DNA of 64,000 nucleotides. Origin: Candidatus Micrarchaeota archaeon. GTDB lineage: Archaea; Micrarchaeota; Micrarchaeia; Anstonellales; Bilamarchaeaceae. The DNA lies in assembly GCA_964434735.1 (NCBI GenBank), contig CAYSWK010000001.1, positions 2,537 to 66,536 on the forward strand, read 5' to 3'. A program made the translations under genes and the position numbers. Below are positions 58,611 through 64,000 of the stretch, piece by piece. The notes below the pieces were generated by a model that was not told the origin of the DNA, made no database searches, and saw nothing but the letters and a program-made list of their open reading frames with translations. Within the stretch, counting starts at the first letter, position 1. Every line of letters begins with the position of its first letter.

Positions 58611-59474
58611 ATGAGAACTATGTACAAAACTGATACTTCACGAAAGAGCATACAGGAAAAAATAAAGAAGGTCAATGATACGTACGCGCACATTCAAAAG
58701 TACCCAACGCTCGCACTTATCGACCTTGCACGTTTGCCAGACAACCTTTTCCAGGCATCACGTAAAAAAATCCGTGACGCGGGCGGAATCGTGTTCGTAC
58801 TTACCAAGCCCGTGCTTGAACGAGTTCTTGAAAAGAACCCCAAGCTTTCCTCACTTAAGGAAAAATGCACCAAGCCACTTGCACTCATTGCAACGAACAT
58901 GACTCCTTTTGAATTAAACAAATTCTTTAGGGCAAACAAGAAAAAGCGCGCTGCAAAAATCGGCGAAAACGCACCGTTTGAAATTATCGTTCCTGAAGGG
59001 GAAACAGACCTTCCTCCGGGGCCAGCACTTTCAGAATTAAAAGGTGCGGGGCTTAACGTCCAGATCAAAAACGGTAAAATTGTTGTTGCAAAGGACTCAA
59101 CACTTGCAAAACAAGGTGAAGCTCTCACGGTCCAGAAGGTCAAGGCACTCCAGATGCTTGGCATCATGCCATTCCACTCTGCAGTCAACCTCGTCAATGC
59201 ATATGATGGACACTATGTGTACTCAAAAGACGCACTTGACATTGACCTTACGCTTGATACAGATATGGTGCAAAGCATACGTGATGCACTTAACTTGTCA
59301 ATCAATGCAGGATATCCAACTTCGGCAACAGTCACAAACATGTTGCAGGAGGCATACCGCCAAGGGCTCAACGTGGCCATCAACGGTTCGTTATACTCAT
59401 CAGGTTCAGTAGAGCAGCTTCTCATCTCTGCTTTAAGGCAGGGAATGGCTATTGAAACTGTTGGAAAACAATAA
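58611..59474 (+). CDS. rpl10: 50S ribosomal protein L10 / acidic P0 (uL10)
   Basis: YPTLALIDLARLPDNLFQASRKKIRD...; about 287 aa; operon position between L1 and P1. Confidence 0.85.
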   Translation: MRTMYKTDTSRKSIQEKIKKVNDTYAHIQKYPTLALIDLARLPDNLFQASRKKIRDAGGIVFVLTKPVLERVLEKNPKLSSLKEKCTKPLALIATNMTPFELNKFFRANKKKRAAKIGENAPFEIIVPEGETDLPPGPALSELKGAGLNVQIKNGKIVVAKDSTLAKQGEALTVQKVKALQMLGIMPFHSAVNLVNAYDGHYVYSKDALDIDLTLDTDMVQSIRDALNLSINAGYPTSATVTNMLQEAYRQGLNVAINGSLYSSGSVEQLLISALRQGMAIETVGKQ

Positions 59475-59491
59475 TTATACGGTGAAAACAT

Positions 59492-59800
59492 ATGACAAAA
59501 GTCGACCCATATTTGCATGCAGTGCTCCTTTTGCACGGTGCAGGAAAAGAAGTTTCAGCTGCTTCAATCTCAAGTGTCTTGAAGGCAGCAGGTGCAGAAC
59601 ACGACGAAGCAAAGGCAAAAGTCCTTGCAGATGCAGTCAAAGGAGTTAACTTTGAAGACCTCCTCAAGAACGCATTGGCAGTCGCAGCGGCACCCGCAGC
59701 AGCGGCTCCTGCAGCAGCACCCAAGAAGGAAGAGAAGAAAGAAGACGCAGGCAAGACCGAAGCTCAAGCAGCTGAAGGTTTGGCATCGCTCTTTGGTTAA
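59492..59800 (+). CDS. rpl12: 50S ribosomal stalk protein P1 (aL12)
   Basis: MTKVDPYLHAVLLLHGAGKEVSAASISSVLKAAGAE...Ala/Pro hinge...EEKKEDAGKTEAQAAEGLASLFG. Confidence 0.9.
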   Translation: MTKVDPYLHAVLLLHGAGKEVSAASISSVLKAAGAEHDEAKAKVLADAVKGVNFEDLLKNALAVAAAPAAAAPAAAPKKEEKKEDAGKTEAQAAEGLASLFG

Positions 59801-59830
59801 TCTCTCTTTTTTTCTTTTTTATTCTTGTTT
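59801..59830 (+). terminator. T-rich archaeal terminator region after the L1-L10-P1 operon
   Basis: TCTCTCTTTTTTTCTTTTTTATTCTTGTTTTT directly after the P1 stop. Confidence 0.35.
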
Positions 59831-59862
59831 TTAATAATTACAATACCTTTTTTGATAGGAAT

Positions 59863-60480
59863 CTATTTATCAAAAAACTCATGGAAAAAATGGGGAAATC
59901 CATGCAAATCTCTTAAAAAAGCGATAAAATCATCCGGATTTTCAACTCTACTTTTAAACTGCGAGTCGATCTTAACAAATTTTTGATATTCAGTAATTCC
60001 ATATGCGTGGGTTACGTCTTCCAATTGGGCACCGATGCGTTGTGCACAATGCCTAAGTCGTTCACGCAATAGTTTTGCATCAAATTCATCATCTACATAA
60101 AAAACAAAACGCTTGCCGGGCAACTCAGGTCGGTACCCGCCCCATTTAGCAAAAAAAGGGTATTCTGGAAATTGTTTTGCAAGTTCAATAATAATAGTAT
60201 GCATCTGCTGCAAAGGATTATGGCCCATAACAAAACCTGAAAGACGTTGATCATCTCTTAAAGCGCGAAGATCAATTTCGGCTTTTCCATGAAGTAACAT
60301 TTCAAGTAAAAGGCAGGTGGCCACACCAGTCCTTTTATCGGCCTTGGAACGATCCCAATCAGAAGGCAAATGCCTTGCATAACTCCAGTATGGATTGTGA
60401 GGCTGAGTATCAACTAAAGGTGTTTCGATAGCTCCTTTGCCAACGTGAGAACGAGCAATACGAAAAGCCAGCTGAATCAT
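59863..60480 (-). CDS. Hypothetical protein (possible HEPN-like Rx4H motif), divergent from the RelA/SpoT-domain gene
   Basis: About 205 aa from MIQLAFRIARSH...; contains LRERLRHCAQR (Rx4H); no confident family assignment. Confidence 0.3.
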   Translation of the reverse strand: MIQLAFRIARSHVGKGAIETPLVDTQPHNPYWSYARHLPSDWDRSKADKRTGVATCLLLEMLLHGKAEIDLRALRDDQRLSGFVMGHNPLQQMHTIIIELAKQFPEYPFFAKWGGYRPELPGKRFVFYVDDEFDAKLLRERLRHCAQRIGAQLEDVTHAYGITEYQKFVKIDSQFKSRVENPDDFIAFLRDLHGFPHFFHEFFDK

Positions 60481-60571
60481 ATATTTCTTGAGACCAATTC
60501 TCTTTATAAATGTGTTTAAATTTGATAAAAAGTGTAGATTTATAAAACGTTTGAGGAACAATAAGAGATAC

Positions 60572-61348
60572 ATGCAACTTATCAATTATCGCCCTCATAG
60601 TAGCTTTCTTCGACCCCCCAGTCAAACGATAGAAAAAACCTATTCACGTTTGGGGATTACAGAAAATTTTATACGGGATATTAAGTATGAAAATAGGGAG
60701 GAACTTATGCGTGCGCTCCAAAAAAGACACGGGGTTTCACGTGATTTAGCGCGCAGATTACGAAAAAATTTTGATAAAGAATATCAAAAACGTGAAGGAG
60801 AAGTTTTTCTTGAATCCCGAGCAAAGGAAATCGAAAGAATACGGGAAAAACTGACACGTGAAAGAAGAGCTGAGGTTGCGCCTTGCATACTGCATGATTC
60901 TGAAGTAGAGTGGGTAACAAGCATACAAGGACATGAAAATTTTGACGGAATTATGAATATTCATGAACGCGTAGTTCGCGCCTTTGGTGGACTAAGGGAT
61001 TTAGGAGGCGTACGTACCATACCTGACGGGAACTATGCTCAAGATGAAGTAGTGTACACTACTTTTCAAAGAATACTCGATGTACTTGGAATAACCTCTT
61101 CGGAGGAACTTACCGTATTTCTTGACAGATTTTTGCTTGTTGGACCTGAAGAATGGGGATTACGGTCCATACATATGGGCATAATATATGAGGATGTGCC
61201 CGTTGAACTCCAATTTAGGACCATGCAAATGGATTTCTTTGCAAAAACACGATTATTACGAAAAGGATTAGACAAACCTGAACAAGGACTTACTGAAATA
61301 AATTATAGGGAACGAATGCGTGCAAAACAAACAGAGTTTTTAGAATAA
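60572..61348 (+). CDS. RelA/SpoT-domain nucleotidyltransferase (small-alarmone-synthetase-like)
   Basis: DLGGVRTIPDG (DxxGxR), LRSIHMGIIYEDVPVELQFRTMQMDFFAKTR (compare the YRSLH / EIQIRT..mH.WAE synthetase motifs), preceded by a roughly 100 aa Arg/Lys/Glu-rich helical region. Confidence 0.7.
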   Translation: MQLINYRPHSSFLRPPSQTIEKTYSRLGITENFIRDIKYENREELMRALQKRHGVSRDLARRLRKNFDKEYQKREGEVFLESRAKEIERIREKLTRERRAEVAPCILHDSEVEWVTSIQGHENFDGIMNIHERVVRAFGGLRDLGGVRTIPDGNYAQDEVVYTTFQRILDVLGITSSEELTVFLDRFLLVGPEEWGLRSIHMGIIYEDVPVELQFRTMQMDFFAKTRLLRKGLDKPEQGLTEINYRERMRAKQTEFLE

Positions 61349-61452
61349 AAAACGTTCTGATTAACGAGTACGCCAATTCACGCATTTTTCATAATACAAA
61401 ACTAGATCAAAACTGACTGCTGGAAACTCGAAACGATAAAAGGATCATGATA

Positions 61453-61669
61453 TGCGTCTGCCGGGATTCGAACCCGGGTCGCAAGCTGTTTCCAGAAATC
61501 AAATTAATTTCTTTGAAACTTTTTGATGAAACTTTTTTCCAAAAAGTTTCTTGGGAAGCTCGAATCCTACCGTCGTCCAAACGTCTTGACCATTCGTATC
61601 CTACGGGTTTTGATTAAACTTTTTCCCGCATGTATATACTGGTCAAAAAGTTTACTAGACTACAAACGC
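61453..61669 (-). tRNA. tRNA-Gly (anticodon CCC) apparently interrupted by two introns (about 82 nt in the D-loop and about 64 nt adjacent to the anticodon loop)
   Basis: The reverse complement gives a 5' exon GCGUUUG-UA-GUCUAG at 61655-61669. The internal exon CGGUAGGAUU-CGAGC-UUCCCAA matches tRNA-Gly(UCC) in this window. The 3' exon is GCUUG-CGAC-CCGGGUUCGAAUCCCGG-CAGACGC-A. The acceptor GCGUUUG/CAGACGC pairs at 7 bp, and the anticodon stem CGAGC/GCUUG pairs. Confidence 0.55.
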
Positions 61670-61709
61670 ATTCGTATCATCTTATATTTAGGATGATTTT
61701 AAAAGAAAT

Positions 61710-62507
61710 ATGGGAAGAACCCATAAGAGGCCTAAGATTACGATGACATGGATTAGAGTTAACATATTACGCACGAGTGTAAACGAAGTTACTGAAAAAC
61801 TGACTTCGCAGGGCTTTACGGTTACGCAAAGTGAATTTCTCCCCTATGCACTCGAGGTAACGGGAGAAACGCAAGTAGCAAAAACCGTTGAACACCAACG
61901 CGGGTTTTTCTACATTCAAAGCCTTGCAAGCCAAATGGTTGCCCACGTGCTTAATCCTACGGAAAATGACCAAATCATAGATTTATGTGCTGCTCCTGGA
62001 AGCAAAACAACTCATCTTTCAATGCTCCTTAACAATACGGGGGCAATCCTTGCAAATGACGAGAGTTTCCTTCGGTTACGATCATTAGGTGCAAACATAG
62101 ACCGCATGGGGTGTACAAACATCGCAATGGTCAATTACAAGGGCCAATTCCTTCGAACGACCATGGTTCCTGATAAGGTACTTGTTGATGCGCCCTGCAG
62201 CGGAAAGGGAACCAAAAGCCCCATGGAATTTTCAGAAAATAGGCTTTCGCAGCTTGCAAAGCTACAAAAAAAACTCATCGTACGCGGATTTGACCTACTC
62301 AAACCAGGTGGAACATTAGTATACTCAACATGCACAACCACTGAAAAGGAAAACGAAGAGGTCGTAAATTATGTATGCAGCAAACGGGAGAACGCACAAA
62401 CGGTAAAACCAAACCTCCCTTGCGACTTTGAATTCAACATTGGTGCACGTATAAAACTTGATGAGCAATTCTTCATCGCGTGTATAAAAAAAGGTGAAAC
62501 TGCATGA
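61710..62507 (+). CDS. NOL1/NOP2/Sun-family RNA cytosine-C5 methyltransferase
   Basis: DLCAAPGSKT (SAM motif I), DAPCSGKG (motif IV Pro-Cys), TLVYSTCT (motif VI TC). Confidence 0.8.
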   Translation: MGRTHKRPKITMTWIRVNILRTSVNEVTEKLTSQGFTVTQSEFLPYALEVTGETQVAKTVEHQRGFFYIQSLASQMVAHVLNPTENDQIIDLCAAPGSKTTHLSMLLNNTGAILANDESFLRLRSLGANIDRMGCTNIAMVNYKGQFLRTTMVPDKVLVDAPCSGKGTKSPMEFSENRLSQLAKLQKKLIVRGFDLLKPGGTLVYSTCTTTEKENEEVVNYVCSKRENAQTVKPNLPCDFEFNIGARIKLDEQFFIACIKKGETA

Positions 62508-62926
62508 TGTTTGAACAATTTGTATTCAATAGATTCGGAATTGACCTAACAGGCGTAACGTGCATTTACCAAGGTGAAAGAATATACCTTGCAAACCCTG
62601 CAACCGCTGCGCTGGAAGGCACGCAACGAAGAGGACTATATATCGGGAAAACAGAGAGTATTTATGGTCCCAAGCCAAGCCTTGACTTTGTCCTTGCATA
62701 CGGCCACCTGGCAACAAAAAACAAGGCAACGGTTGATGATAAGACAATTGAACAGCTGTATCTTGGAAATCATATAGAACCTCCTTCTGAGGATAACGGC
62801 CTCATCATTGTTTTGGATTCAAAAGGAAGGGGTGCCGCAATCGGTTTTGCAAATGATATTTCAATGCAAAGCCTTATCCCTAAGCAAAGGCAAATTACAA
62901 AAAGCGAAAAGAAAGAAGAGGAATAA
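62504..62926 (+). CDS. Hypothetical protein downstream of, and overlapping, the NSUN methyltransferase (possible detached RNA-binding/PUA-like C-terminal module)
   Basis: 140 aa, ATGA overlap with the methyltransferase stop; no motif recognised. Confidence 0.3.
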   Translation: MMFEQFVFNRFGIDLTGVTCIYQGERIYLANPATAALEGTQRRGLYIGKTESIYGPKPSLDFVLAYGHLATKNKATVDDKTIEQLYLGNHIEPPSEDNGLIIVLDSKGRGAAIGFANDISMQSLIPKQRQITKSEKKEEE

Positions 62927-62927
62927 A

Positions 62928-64000
62928 TTACTGAGGCTTTGAAGCACGTGCCTTGAGAAGAGTTGTAATATCAGCTTCTGAAAGCCCACCTGCACCTTGC
63001 GCAAACTGAGATGTGAGATATTCTTCACTTGGAGGAATATCATATGTAGGCCTTTCCCGAAGAAGATTTTCACGCTTTGATAATGCTTCTTGACGAGAAG
63101 CAAGATCTTCAACAACATCATCGGTAATTAATTTCTTAGGTCGTGAGAATACCTCTTTTTGTATCCCTTCAGTGACCCTCTTAAAATCTTCTTCGATTTG
63201 AGTTTTCTGTTCAGGAGGGGTAGACGGAGACTCTGATTTTTCCTTAAGTTCTATATAATGCCCATAAATTTCCTTAAGATTCTTATCTTCTGATACAGAT
63301 GCAACTGCAATTGCAAAATTATGTTTAAGTTCTTCGGGCAATTTACCTGTTTTTGCAAGCTCTGCAAGTTCTTCAGTTCCTTTATGGGGATCGAACACCA
63401 TTTCTATGATTTCTTTCACTGCGGCCGTACGCTCCAAAACAAGACTTGTACGCTCTTCTGATTGTCTAGAAGTTAGGGGGCCATAAGGAAGAGATTGTAA
63501 TTTCTTTTCAACCTCGTCAAACTTTTCGTATGCATCCTTAAGATCCTTATCAAGTGCATATGAAGCCCGTTCGAGAGCAACCTTCTCACGGTCCATCGAA
63601 TCGAATAAATAAGGTGTCTCAAATGCAAGAGGGTCATCTTTTTTCGTCCATTTTTCATCTGAAACACGCGAAATTTCAGAATCAACTGCTTTTTTAAGAT
63701 TTTTCTGTTCGTATCTATATTGTTCATTAAGTTCCTGAATCTGACGATTGATATCTGCCAAAGCATCGGTATCCTTGGCCTCTTTTGCCTCATCCTTACG
63801 AACCTCAAGGCTTGCCTGAGCATTCCTAAAGTCTGCAACTTCCTTAAGTTCATTGATACGATTTAGAGAACTTGGAACTACTTCAGGGGACGAATATGTA
63901 TACTTTTCATTAATTACTTCCAATGCACCAATTACAGTTCCATAATATTTAGCATCGGATTCTGAAATCTTGCCATCCTGTTTTGGAAGTGCTGAAAGCA
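62928..64000 (-). CDS. Coiled-coil hypothetical protein, N-terminus beyond the window end
   Basis: The open frame continues without a stop to position 64000; E/K-rich heptad-like sequence; the track start at 63923 is a TTG artefact. Confidence 0.35.
   Translation of the reverse strand, partial: LSALPKQDGKISESDAKYYGTVIGALEVINEKYTYSSPEVVPSSLNRINELKEVADFRNAQASLEVRKDEAKEAKDTDALADINRQIQELNEQYRYEQKNLKKAVDSEISRVSDEKWTKKDDPLAFETPYLFDSMDREKVALERASYALDKDLKDAYEKFDEVEKKLQSLPYGPLTSRQSEERTSLVLERTAAVKEIIEMVFDPHKGTEELAELAKTGKLPEELKHNFAIAVASVSEDKNLKEIYGHYIELKEKSESPSTPPEQKTQIEEDFKRVTEGIQKEVFSRPKKLITDDVVEDLASRQEALSKRENLLRERPTYDIPPSEEYLTSQFAQGAGGLSEADITTLLKARASKPQ

Noticed and set aside
58694-59197. 167-aa minus-strand ORF inside the L10/P0 gene
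   Set aside because: It is antisense to a ribosomal protein gene and has no motifs.

Overview
This 64 kb window looks like a chromosomal segment of an archaeon with about 42% GC and high coding density. The sequence shows an A-type ATP synthase operon on the minus strand, with an extra membrane-protein gene inserted between atpF and atpA. It also shows glutamate dehydrogenase, Alba, myo-inositol-1-phosphate synthase, SRP54, a FolC-like Mur ligase, and a near-complete histidine operon (hisD, a hisC-HAD fusion, hisB, hisG, hisH, hisA, hisF, hisIE). hisS lies nearby, followed by a degenerate HisA-like ORF. Further genes include archaeal TIM, endonuclease IV, a peroxiredoxin, YggS, a Nop5-like protein lacking its N-terminal domain, DnaG primase, and an S10 / eS32-like / L1 / L10 / P1 ribosomal cluster. 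There are two class-III-signal (archaeal type IV) pilin genes and one Tad/FlaI-like pilus assembly locus. Six tRNA genes are present: Ser-GCU, Gly-UCC, Ser-CGA with a 15-nt intron, Thr-CGU with a 79-nt intron, Pro-UGG, and a Gly-CCC that appears to carry two introns. The best candidates for undescribed biology are listed here. (1) A translationally coupled HerA/DUF87-like ATPase plus a Cys-rich repeat protein of unknown family; these two genes are convergent on, and abut, a bacterial-type Hanks Ser/Thr kinase gene. (2) An archaeal RelA/SpoT-domain (small-alarmone-synthetase-like) gene divergent from an unknown gene that has an Rx4H motif. (3) The multi-intron tRNA-Gly. (4) A standalone Cas4-like PD-(D/E)xK nuclease beside the tRNA cluster. 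No CRISPR array, rRNA gene or obvious IS element was found. All functional calls rest on motif recognition by eye, since no database search could be run.
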